DNA of 63,821 nucleotides, the filler included, from Folioceros fuciformis (taxonomy: Eukaryota): the NCBI GenBank assembly GCA_049999805.1. It is 13 parts of 13 records of this genome, joined end to end, with 100 filler letters (N's around TTAATTAATTAA, not from the genome) between each part and the next. Parts side by side here need not be neighbours in the genome. Positions count along the whole stretch, not along the records: positions 24,925 to 33,616 come from JBNGIO010004960.1; positions 33,717 to 41,092 come from JBNGIO010004961.1; 11 more parts are not named here. One strand, given 5' to 3'. The notes beneath the pieces are model-generated. The model had not been told where the DNA came from. It saw only the letters and a list, made by a program, of their open reading frames with translations, and did not search any database. Position numbers and translations under genes: made by a program. Below, one piece after another: positions 24,925 through 36,700 of the stretch (position 1 is its first letter; every line of letters begins with the position of its first letter).

Positions 24925-26240
24925 TCAGCATCCGTATATCCCACGACAGATGCATCTTCACTACCAAAACATAAGCACAAAGCTTTTGTACCATTCAAGT
25001 ACCTCATAACTCCTTTCACTGCCTCCCAATGCTTCCTGCTAGGGTTTGACATAAACCTGCTAACAACTCCCACTGCAAAGGCAATGTCAGGACGTGTAGC
25101 AATCATTGCATACATCAAACTCCCTACAGCTGATGAGTATGGAACCTTCTCCATTTCAGCTTTGTCCTCTGTAGAGCTTGGGCAATCCTTGCTCGACAGT
25201 TTCACATATGGAGGCAACGAAGTACTTAATACCTTCCCCTTCTCCATATTGAAGCGTTGAAGCACCTTGTTAATGTATTCAGTCTGAGACAAGTACAGCA
25301 AACGCTTCTGTCTATCTCGACGAATACGCATGCCAAGGATATGGCTTGCCTCTCCCAAGTCTGTCATGTCAAAGCGACCATTCAACTTTGACTTCAACGT
25401 TGAAATTTCATCACTGTTAGTCCCAGCAATTAGCATATCATCCACATAGAGGACCAGAATGAGCAAGCTTCCATCCTTAGCTTGCTTCGTATAGAGGCAA
25501 TGATCCTCATCGCTACGCTTGTAGCCTTGAGAAAGCATAAATGAGTGGAACTTGAAATACCACTCCCTGGGTGCCTGCTTCAAACCATAAAGGCTCTTCT
25601 TTAACCTGCACACCAGATTCTCTTTGCCCTTCTCAATGAAACCCTCTGGTTGTTGCATGAATACCTCTTCCTGGAGATCACCATGCAAAAATGCCGACTT
25701 CACATCCATCTGGACAAGTTCCATGTCGAGCCTCGCAACCAGACCAAGAACACAGCGCAAGGTGGTCATTTTGACAACCGGTGAGAAAATCTCATCAAAG
25801 TCAATACCTTGCTGTTGCTTAAAACCCTTCGGGTTTAGGGTTTAGGGTTTAGGGTTCAATGCTCCTCCAAATCTTTGTCTGTGGCATCTGCAGACATGAC
25901 CATCTCGCTCCACAACTTGAGCTCCACAACCTGGCTCTGATACCACTTGAAGGAACACTCTAGGAGCTACATGGTGAAGGAGAGGAGAGGAGGAGGCAAG
26001 GAGGAGAGGAGAAAGAGAGGTCACACTTCACAATAGAGTCACACATACAAGAGAGCTCAAGTGGGTATTTATACCCTCTAGAAGAGCTCCCTAGGAAGCT
26101 TCACAAGAAGCCCACAGGAAGCTGAACAAGAAGCTTCCTTGAGATTAGCTTAAGCTAATCTAAACTAATGATACTTAACTAGACACTAATCTTAGACTAA
26201 ACACATTAGTCTAGGCACATTGGGCTTTAATAACCCTACA
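24925..26240 (-). mobile_element. Internally deleted family A copia: 5' LTR 25948-26240, PBS, ~100-bp leader joined directly to RT
   Basis: PBS GCTCTGATACCA; RT (QMDVKSAFLHG, YVDDMLI) begins at KGFKQQQG immediately after the leader; gag, PR and INT are absent. Confidence 0.92.
25831..25856 (+). repeat. Interstitial plant telomeric repeat (TTTAGGG)3
   Basis: GGGTTTAGGGTTTAGGGTTTAGGGTT at the deletion junction. Confidence 0.9.
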
Positions 26241-26296
26241 TCGGTCGCAGGCGTAGGCCACCATCGTGGCTAGCGCGGGACACAGCCTGGCCGTGA

Positions 26297-26502
26297 GGGT
26301 AGGAGAGCCTACCCGAGGGAGAACTTACCCAACGGGTAGCCTACCCGAGGGAGCTTACCTGGCAGGTATCTTATCCAGCGGGCATCCTACCTAGTGGGGA
26401 TCGTACCTAGCAGGTAGCTTACCCGACGGATAGCTTAACCAGTAGGTAGCTTATCCGGGTGGTGTATTAACGGGTTATTAGAAAAAAAAAAAAAAAAAAA
26501 AA
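26297..26502. repeat. Array of ~17-bp imperfect palindromic units (CTTACCCNNCGGGTAG-like) followed by A21
   Basis: About 9 degenerate TACC...GGTA units at 26297-26460; A tract at 26482-26502. Confidence 0.7.
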
Positions 26503-26721
26503 GTCTGGAGGGAAGTGCTTATGAGGATTACTACCTTTTGACACACATAGGCTGGTTAAGTTGTGTGAATGTCTAGTGTTGATGGTGGGGAAAGTGATAA
26601 GGAGTACGGATTAGAGTCAGAATACTTCTCACCGATGAATAGTCCACGGTTCAAGTATTCAAGAGGCACGTGGTGACGATGAGAAGAAGAAGAGGTTGAA
26701 CAGCCAATCACAAAGGCAACC

Positions 26722-29150
26722 ATGGAGAGTTTGGAGCAAGGAGGCAAGTATAAGGTGTTCACGGGAAGACTCGAAATCTTGACGTTTGAGGAATTTGAGG
26801 ACAAGGTTGAGGCCATATTGGGAGAATTAGAGTTCAAAAACCCAACAAGGTACACTTCGCATTTTGGGTTTACTCAAATGGCTAGGTCTCTTGGAGGCGA
26901 GGCGTTGGCTGCTTATAGGAAGCATAAGGCGGAGCTCACCTGTTTCACTATGGTGACTGAGAGTGGAATGTTGACAACAGTGAAGTAGTACGATCACGAG
27001 GATCCAGTCAAGGAGATGATGGACATCTTGAGAGGAGAGTTTCCAAGGACATCGTCAGAAAAGTTATATGAGCTAACGCATTTTGTGCGAAAGCAGGGAG
27101 AGACTTTGAAGATGAGGTACAGGAGGCTAGAAAGGTTGATGGAAGACACCAAAATCCTCAGTGGGAAGCAAGCTGCGGAAGTGTACTTAAACAACATTCT
27201 AGGGAAGCTGCGAGACAAAGTGACTACACAACTATGGGGAACATTTGGGCAGCAACACATGTTGAAGGATGCTTACGCAATTGCTGAGAAGATGGATACA
27301 GCGGAGGCATACAGTAGAGCTTTTGCGGAGCAAATGCGGAGGCCAAGCAACAACCAACCAAGACTTGGAGAGGGAGCAAGGCAGCAATTCAAATCTGGAG
27401 TGACAAGTGTTTATGGTAGGCCAAGGCACGCTAATGGGGCCATGAACACAATGGAGGACAAGTGTTACAGGTGTTGGAGCCTAACACACAAAGTGAAGGA
27501 ATGCTCTTACTCATTTGGGGGGAATAGAGCTCATGTGAAGTGTAGTGGGTGTGATCGAGTAGGCCATACGGAAGCTGTGTGTTGGCAACTACATCCAGAG
27601 TTGAAACTAGCAATAGGCTAACCTAGCAACAATGCTAGTGGAGCGGGTGCATCTGCATTATTGAGGCCGGATACACGCAAAAGGAAGGCAAAGGTAGTCC
27701 CTAAAGGAAAGAAAACGATGATGGTGAAGGGCGAAGATTTGGAAGCATTGCAGCAAAGCTTGGCAGCTTTGACTGCGAGGAGAGGAGACAATGATGAGGA
27801 GCCTTAAGAAGAAGAAGTGTTGCCTGTGTATGTAGCACATCGAGCAATGGCTGTCACGCAACAACAACATACCAGAGGAATGCAACAATTGCCTATGATG
27901 GAGGAGAATGAAAATGTTGAAGAGGGAGCGGAAAAAACAGACAACTACCGGCATCTGCGACGCAAGTTTGCTAGGATGCCTGCTGGTTTTTAGCAAAAGG
28001 AGCAGCAACCAACAACATTGTCACATGAAGGAGTCAGCATGGAGCAGCCATACCAGAATTCAGCAGCTGTTTTTGCTCGACGATGGGTAAGTGCACCTTG
28101 CATCAACATGTCTAATCTAGGTATGACCGTGGAGCAAGCACAATAGTGGTTGACAGGGTGGCAAGGACGCGGTGCACATGTTGCGATGAAAGAAGATGAG
28201 GGTGGAGGGTTGGAAGGAAAGCCAACTAGGAGTATGGCGGCTAGAAGAATAGCCAATGTAAATGTGGCATTGGTGGATAATTGTGCAAGGCATGTTGACA
28301 TAGAAGGGTTTGCACCAGCAAAAGTACTTGTAGATATAGGTGAACAACCAGTGTTGATAGGAAGGAGGGTGGTGGAAGCTTTGCACCTACATGGAGACAA
28401 GTTGAAACCATCCAGGTAGAACATACGTACAGCGGCTGGCACGACCGAGTCTGTGTTAGGAGAGACGTCCAAATCGTTGAACATAGCATTGAAGCTGAGG
28501 ACAGATGATGCTACATGCATTAAGGTAACTGGTTTGGCTACTGATGCGGCCGATTACGATGTTTTGTTAGGGTCTGAAGAATTGTACCTAGCTTGGGGAG
28601 GAGTTGACAATTGGATAGAGCAAATGTTCTTCCGTCCAAAGTGGAAAGAAGGAGTAGGAACATTGGCATTTGTGCCATTGTCATTGTTGCACCCGGAACA
28701 AGCGGCAATGATGGCTCACACGGTGTATCAAGTGTGTACAACAAGTCTGGAGCTAAGGGAGTCAGTGGCATCAATGCACGAGTTGGAAGAAGACAACGGT
28801 TGAAGAAGCCACATTTGAGAGCTTGTTGGCGGAGGCAGCAATGGAGCAACAAAGGCAAACAATAGCACCTTTACAAATCCAAGGTAGGTCTGCATTTCGG
28901 CAAGCAATGAGAAGGCTAACGTTGTACAAACAAAAGGATGTTGAGCATGTGGAGTACCAACCGGAATCATACTGCCAAGACCAGGGTGTGATTGCTAGTA
29001 ATCATCCAGTAGACCAAAGGATCATTGAGTGGAATGTCACCGAAGAAGGGATCACACTAGTGGAGTTGTTTGGTGGCATATGCTCAGGGCTAGAAGCAAT
29101 GTTGCGAAGTGGTGTGAAGATAAGAAAATATGTCTATTGTGACATAGATG
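26722..29150 (+). mobile_element. Decayed gypsy-like retrotransposon polyprotein: Gag (two zinc knuckles) - aspartic protease - C5 DNA methyltransferase N-terminus
   Basis: One frame from 26722 to ~28800 with point stops, then one frameshift. Motifs: RKQGETL, CYRCWSLTHKVKEC, CSGCDRVGHTEAVC, VLVDIGEQPVLIG...YDVLLG, then GITLVELFGGICSGLEAMLRSGVKIRKYVYCDID. RT was not seen, so the superfamily is inferred from Gag/PR. Confidence 0.8.
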
Positions 29151-29234
29151 TGAAGGATCGCTCCAGGAGCTACATGGTGAAGAAGGAGAGGAGGAGGCAA
29201 GGAGGAGGAGAAAGAGAGGTCACACTCTCACAAT
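29151..29234 (-). mobile_element. Family A LTR end inserted in the methyltransferase domain and itself interrupted
   Basis: TGAAGGATCGCT...CACACTCTCACAAT matches the LTRs at 16909 and 46313. Confidence 0.9.
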
Positions 29235-32200
29235 TGTTAGAAATCAAGCTCTAACTAAATTGTTATTTAGAGCATACAACACTTAGGATAGTGTAGATTA
29301 TCCCATATTGAACTCGTAGTTATCTATCACCTAAGTGTTATCAGGATATATCAGGATATACTAGGATATTGCACCCTCGAGACTAAGGCTTACCTTATCG
29401 AGGGTTGCCCCGCCTGAAGGCTATATGTAGCATCCTGTGCACCATAAGAAAGGAACTCTGGAGTCCTTCTAAGCATGTGGTGCTATTTCAACATGGTATC
29501 ATAGCCAGAGAGAGCGCCGGCGGCCATTGCAGCTATGGTGGGGGTTTGAGGCTATGGCCGTGAGCATGAAGGTGGCAGCCGGCAACGCAAGCCATTGAGA
29601 GGCGCAGGAGGCGCAATGGCGTAGGCGGCGTAAGAAGCCGCAACAAGCGCTACATGCGCAAGAGCGCGCGAGAGGCGTGAGAGGGAGAGAGACTCAGGAG
29701 GAGCAGCAACTACTGGAGGTAACCAGGCCGTGGAAGCCATAGCAGGCCCAGGATTTGCGAGGAGGAAGGCTTGAACTTGGCAAACAATGTTTTGTTTTTT
29801 TTGTTTATTGAAAGCTTGAGCAAAGGTTGTTTTTACTTAGCGAAGAGTCAGCTGCACATTCAGGAATTGTTGAGATTTGATTGAGGCTTGTGGAGTGCTG
29901 GAGCTCTACAGCAGTGCAGGGAGTTGCAGGACAAGTGTTGGTGCGTAAAGGAGCCTGAATCATGGCTAATGTGCAGGGATCAGACAATATCTCTCAGGTC
30001 GTGGGAGAGAAGTTGGATAACAAGAATTTTGCTTTGTGGAAGTTCAGGATGAAGAACTTCTTGGTAGGTAGAGGCTATTGGGACCTCTGCACAGGTGATG
30101 AGAGTGAACCAGAGATGGATCGTACTCCATCACACGAGCAAAAGACTACTCACAAGCATTGGACTGAGAGAGCATGTAAAGTGTTACACTGGCTCTCCTT
30201 AAGCATTTCAGATGCTATGGTCATACAAATCACGGGATGTGAGTCTCCGAAGGATGCATGGGACATACTCATAAGGAACTATGGAAATGTCACACATGCT
30301 AGGAAAATCCAGTTGAAGCAACAGTTCAACAACTTGTCACGAGGTAGCAGATCCATACTTGTGTATACAACAGAGGTGAAGACCATAGCTGATCAACTTG
30401 CTACAATCGGTGCAAGTGTGACAGAAGATGACATGGTTGCAATTACTCTGAACGGACTTGGCAAGGAGTACAAGTCCTTTGACACATCAATCTACGTGAG
30501 AGTTGAGTTCCCAAGTTGGGATGAATTGGTTGCTTTGTTGCTGCATGAGGAAGTTAAGCTTGGTCTGAACACAGGTTCAGGTATATCTCAAGGGAGAGAC
30601 ACTGTTTTGTTTTCTAACCAGCGTGGGAGAGGCCACAGAGGTCGTGGTTCATTCCAAGGACGGGGTGATGCTCGGAACACGCAGAATTAGCAAGACAATT
30701 GGCGTGGAGGAAATGCGCAAGGCTAGAGAGAATCTGGAAGTTTTAGAGGCGCAGGTAGAGCCACAAGAGGAAGAGATGGTTCTTTTCCATCTCATGACCA
30801 TTCCAATAGAGACAAGGAGTGTTACTACTATGGTAAGGTTGGTCATATTGCTAAGGACTGCTATAAGCAGCAAGCAGACATGAGAGGAAAAGGAAGGCAG
30901 CATGGGAACTATGCCTCCTCTAATAATGCTGGAAATGACCAGGATAGGTTGTTCGCCATGCAACATCTCTCTGAACAGGATCGGCAGAATGATGAGAGAT
31001 GGTACATTGATTCAGGAGCATCAAACCACATGACTCCGCATGGCGAGTGGTTTAACAAGATGGATGCAGGTTCCCATGGCCATGTGTGTATAGGAGATGA
31101 CACACAACATGACATAAAGCACAGAGGAATTGTTCCTCTTAGGATGCCGAATGGTCAGCAGAGGAGTCTGCAAGATGTGTTGCATGTTCCAACCATTACG
31201 AAGAACCTGTTGTCTGTTGGACAGATGGCTGAACAAAATCTGCAGGTTCAATTCAATAAAGATGGATGCTTTATTGAAGAATATGACAGAGGGCGCAAAC
31301 TGATTGCTAAAGGTAGTAGGAATGGACGGATGTTCACTCTGGATGCATCCATTCCAGAGCTAAATGCAGCAATGTTTGCAAATGATGCAGGTGCGATACG
31401 TGATGTTGAAATATGGCATAAGAGGATTGGGCATGTGAACATAGAGAAGCTGAAATCTATGCAACAGAAAAGCGTGGTGGAAGGATTGCCCAAGTTCAAG
31501 TATGCTGATCTTGGTCATGTGTGTTCTGCATGTCAATTTGGAAAACAGTCAAGGTTTCCATTTGTGCGACACGTGCAGAACAACTCGAGACCTTTGCAAT
31601 TGATACACTCTGATGTATGGGGTCCTTCACAGAATGCATCGTTTGGAGGAGCCCACTACTATGTCTCCTTCATTGATGATTTCAGCAGGTACACGTGACT
31701 GTACATACTGAAGCATAAGGATGAAGTGTTCGAGTCTTTCAAGGACTTCAAAAAGCATGCTGAAAATGAATTCAGCTGCTCCATCTCTTGTCTAAGATCA
31801 GATGGAGGGGGAGAATATGTCTCAAATGAGTTTGACAAGTATCTTGCAGATCATGGTATACGAAGACAGCTGACGCAGATACACACCAAAGCAGAATGCT
31901 GTTGCAGAGAGGAAGAACAGGGTAGTCATGGAAACAGCAAGGGCAATGCTGAATGAGAAGTGCTTACCTAATGATTATTGGGCAGAAGCAGTGTATGTAC
32001 TGAATCGAACGCCTACGGCAGGAATTCATGATGCTACACCAATTGAGAGACTGTATGGCTATAAGCCGGATATTAGGCACTTGAAAGTGTTTGGGTGCAT
32101 TGCATATGTGCATGTACCTGATGAGAAGCGTAGGAAGCTGGATCCTAAAGCAGTGAAGAGTGTTTTTCTGGGGTATACACGAAATAGGAAGGCATATAAG

Positions 32201-33616
32201 TGTTATGTGCCATCCACACATGAGATCCTCATAAGCAGGGATGTGGTATTTGATGAGTTAGCCTCCTGCTATAGCAACTCAGTTGCACTACCCTATGACA
32301 AACCCACAGGGGAGAGTACTGTTAAGAGTACTCCAGCAAAGAGTGAGGATGTGACCAATGGTGGATCACCAACGGTGAATCCATGGTCTGGAAGATTGCG
32401 GAATGGTAAACCGAAGACCACTGACCCAGATATGTCAGTGAGGGGGAGAGTAGAAAGCAGCAAAACTGGAAATGAGGGATATGAATCCTCAAGTAGTGAG
32501 AGCATTGATAGTGAGTTTGGCATTCTGTCTGTGGAAACGCCAGGTGCTAAGGAGCAACAATATGCAAGGTAGGTTCAAAATGAACCAAGACCAAGGAGAT
32601 CTGAGAGGGTTAGGAAACCCATTGACAGGTACACCTATACAAGCTACAATGCGCAACATTATGCGTATATGACAAGGGTCACCGCTTGTAAGGAGCCAAC
32701 CAAGTTTGTTGAGGCAGTGACAGATGATAAGTGGTGTCAAGCCATGGATGAAGAATATTCAGCATTAGTTGAGAACGGAACGTGGGATTTGGTTCAATTG
32801 CCTGATGGCAAGGTTCCTATTGGTTCCAAGTGGGTGTACAAGCTGAAGTTCAAGTCAGATGGAACGCTGGAGCGTTACAAGGCCAGGTTGATTGCAAAGG
32901 GATATGCACAATAGTATGGTCTTGATTATGAGGAAACCTTTAGTCTAGTAGCCAAGATGACAACTGTAAGGACAGTCATAGCATTAGCAGCAGCTAAAGG
33001 ATGGAAGTTATGGCAAATGGATGTCAAGAATGCCTTCTTGAATGGTGAGTTGCAGGAGGAAGTGTACGTGGAACAGCCTGAAGGCTATGTTCATCCTAAG
33101 TTTCGAACATATGTCTGCAAACTGAAGAAGGCATTGTATGGACTCAAACAGGCACCTAGAGCATGGAATGCTCGTATCACAAGCTATTTGAAGGAGCGAG
33201 GGTTTATGATTGGAGACGCAGATCACAGTCTGTTTGTAAAACAGACCAAGGTAGGACAAGTGTGTCTTGTCGTTTATGTTGACGACCTGATCATCACAAG
33301 AGATGATGCAGATGGTATTGCAGATATCAAGGTGAATCTACAAAAAGAGTTCTAGGTGAAGGATCTTGGTGAACTCAGATACTTCTTAGGAATTGAGGTT
33401 GTGTCTACACCTCAAGGAATCTGGCTATTCCAAAAACAATATGCTAAGGATATGTTGCAGAAGTATGGCATGGCAGATTGCAAAGCGATGGATACACCAT
33501 TGGAGCATAACGTCAAGTTGCAAATGGATGTAGGAGCTGAGCTGGAAAATGTGACTATGTATCGACAGATGGTCGGAAGTTTGATCTACTTGACTATCAC
33601 ACGTCCTGACTTAAGT
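29235..33616 (+). mobile_element. Ty1/copia element (family B): 5' LTR 29235-29493, PBS, gag-PR-INT-RT 29962-33616 with stops and a frameshift
   Basis: TGTT...AACA LTR, PBS TGGTATCATAGC, WYIDSGASNHMT, HSDVWGP, LRSDGGGEY, QMDVKNAFLNG, YVDDLII. Confidence 0.95.
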
Positions 33617-33716
33617 NNNNNNNNNNNNNNNNNNNNNNNNNNNNNNNNNNNNNNNNNNNNTTAATTAATTAANNNNNNNNNNNNNNNNNNNNNNNNNNNN
33701 NNNNNNNNNNNNNNNN

Positions 33717-36700
33717 GACAATGCCAACGGGGGGATGGCAGCGAGGATGAGAAAGCGGGACAGCGGGAATCAAGACAGCAGCAGGACTGCGGATTGGGGA
33801 GGAAATCGGGACAGGGCAGGAGGGGAACGAGGCAGGAAATCAGCAGAAAGAAGAAGAAGGCAGGCCTGGCCCTATATCGGCCGAATCCTCCAGCTCCCTC
33901 AACCTCCTCTTGTGCACACATTTAGTCCCATCACCGGCGATCCCTCCTCCTACCTGCAATGTGAATCCAACGAAGCGGGACAAAGAGATGGAGAGGGAGA
34001 AGAAGAAGAAGAGGAGGCAAGAGGAAAATGAAGGAGGAAGGGAGAAAGGGAGGGAGGAATGGGAGCGGCCGCAGCCTGTGGCCCCTGCTCTAGCTAGGGC
34101 ACGGCCTCCATGGCCGTTTAGTCTAGCCAGACCTGACATAGACTCTAACCCTCTAACCCCCGACATACCCCATATTCCCATTCCTAGGTTCAAACCATTA
34201 TTTTATTATTTTATATTACTCTATATTATTTAATCATTTAATATTATATATCTTTAATTAATAATGAACCAAATCACCAAACCTAGACTCAAACTTTCCT
34301 GACCCTATGGTCCGGTACGGACCTAAACTTTCCCAGGTCTGGGACCAAATCTATACCCACTCTTATAACAAAACCAATTATTTCCTGGTCAATTAACCTA
34401 ATTAGCACAAAGAAAAATAAAAAAAAATGATCAGAAAATAAAGGAAAATTAGGGAAAACAAGTAAAAAAAGAAAAACAAACCATATCACTATTAACTCTT
34501 TTTCAACCAAAACAAACCACTACCCCAAACTTTGGAGGTTCACAACTGCCTCTTCTTCATCAGAAAATCCTACCGGCACTTCATGCTAGATTGGCTCAAC
34601 TTCCTCATCTGCGTAGGGTGTAGAGAAGAACTCCTCTTGAGAACACGGGGATGCTATGTGTCTCCCGGGTGGACTGAGACAAATGTTATCAAGGGACTCA
34701 AGGTCATTACTCTCGCCACCCCCATCCCTGGTGTAATCCTTGTCCAACTCCAGGCCCCCATGACAGGTCGCACCGAGGGGGGTTGTCCCCCCGAGATTAC
34801 CTAGGCCTTGTCCCGCAACGTCCACTCTTGCCTCTTCATGCCCTGCCAGTGCCACCCCCTTACCCACTCTGATCTTTTTTCCTTTGGGCGAGGCAGCTGC
34901 CTAAACCCATTGCTGCACTGCTTTGTTAAGGGCCTTCCTCGCCACAGCCAAAGCAATTTGGTCTTGTCGCATAGTTACACCTGGGAGGTTCTCAGATAAA
35001 CGGGAGTGTTTCCCTTTGCCCCTACTGAGAGACGCCCTAGGCCTAGGCGCCTGAACCCGAGCTCCCTCCCATGCGGAGGGCTAGTGTACCCCTTACAGAG
35101 TTTAGACTCAGGATAGCAGGAGTTATCCAGAGGAGGTTTGGAACCACAGCGCTCACTGGGGACCAAAACCAAAGTCCTTTGAGCGTAACTAGCATCGGCA
35201 CTAGCCTCCTCAGGAATCTCGGCATTTAGATTAGCTTGTAGTTGAAGAAACCTGCTTACTTCCATTTCGCCAACACTTTCTGTGTGAACCTCGTGTTGAG
35301 TGGTAGCCATACGTCCAAGCCTCCTACAGCCCACTCTGCCCGCCTAACTTACACCACCGCTGGGTGGATCACATACCTCCCTTAAGACCTTGTCCTCTTG
35401 GGGGGGGGGGTACCAAGGACTTAGCCTGAGTCTGGGAATCTTGTTCCTTAACCGCGTTTGGGGGCTGTCTTCCCTGAGTATCATGTGCCTTATCCGCCTC
35501 TAGGAGCTACCTTTCCCCCACGGGAGCACAACTCACAGAGAGCCCGACACTAGTGATCAGGTGACTGGGGCTACTAATAGTGTGAGTTCTCCTAGCATAT
35601 TCTTGCACCATCCCTTCCACCCCAAACACCCCGTGCACACCCTCTGAGTGGTCCACCGCAGCCTTAGATATACCTTCAGCTTGCCCTTCTCCTCTCCATC
35701 TTTCGGGCCGAATTCCTTCCTTCCCAGGGTCCTACAAATCAGAGCCCAACCCTTTTGGAACCAGTGGGTTCTTGTTGCGAGTTTCAACCTTACTCACATC
35801 CAGCCTGTAGGTTTGATGTAGAGATGTCATGCCAGGACCTTGCATAATCTCACTCTGCCTGACCGCCAAGGCTGGATCTCGAGCATCACCCTGCACACGT
35901 CAACCCTTTGAAGATAAGGTAGCTTCTTCCATACCCCGAGCATCTGCTTGGGCATGAGAGTCTCCGGCATCCAGTTGTGACCCCCCACTATGGCATAGAG
36001 TTGTCCCTTGTGTCTTGCTAGCCTTTTTCAGTAGGCTGGACAAGGCCGCCTCCGCCTCCAATAGATCCCCGGCCGGTCTATCCAGTTGCTGCTCTCCAGC
36101 CAGGTGAGATTGACAGCACCCTCGCCCAGGCAGTTGGTTAGTTTCCTTTATGCTCTCATCCTTGCTGCCCATCGAATTGGTCCCAGACGCTGACTCCTAG
36201 AGATTTGGTGCGTGAAACTTGCTGGAGAAACCTGCACCAACACTTTCCATGCTCCCATGCTCTGCCACCGATTTGGAATTGGTGCAGGATTTGTCAACCT
36301 CGGTATGAGTTCCGCCTCGAGCATAATCGGGTTGGCCTCCCGAATTGCATGGGCAACCAAGGAGCGCGGACCGCCTTCAGCCTTAGAATTCTCCTTGAGC
36401 TTGTGTCTAGCTTCATCAAACCCTCTGGTTTGCCCGGTAAATCCGCCTTCCGGAAGCATAGCATCATCAGCAGGCTTGTAGAAACCTTCCAGCTCCATGA
36501 GCGGGCAATGGCGTCGACCCAATGTTGGCTCTACACCACCGCGCCTTCTGCTGCCCTCAAGGTCAGGGATCTCATCGTGGCTTCCTTCCTTGTGGAGTCC
36601 CCTCCCTGAGGAGGTGTGTGGGGCACCTCCAGTCGTTCCATCCAGCGTTACCTCCGCCTTTCCCTCGGTGAGGCGGTGGGCCGAATCCTTGGCAAAAGTG

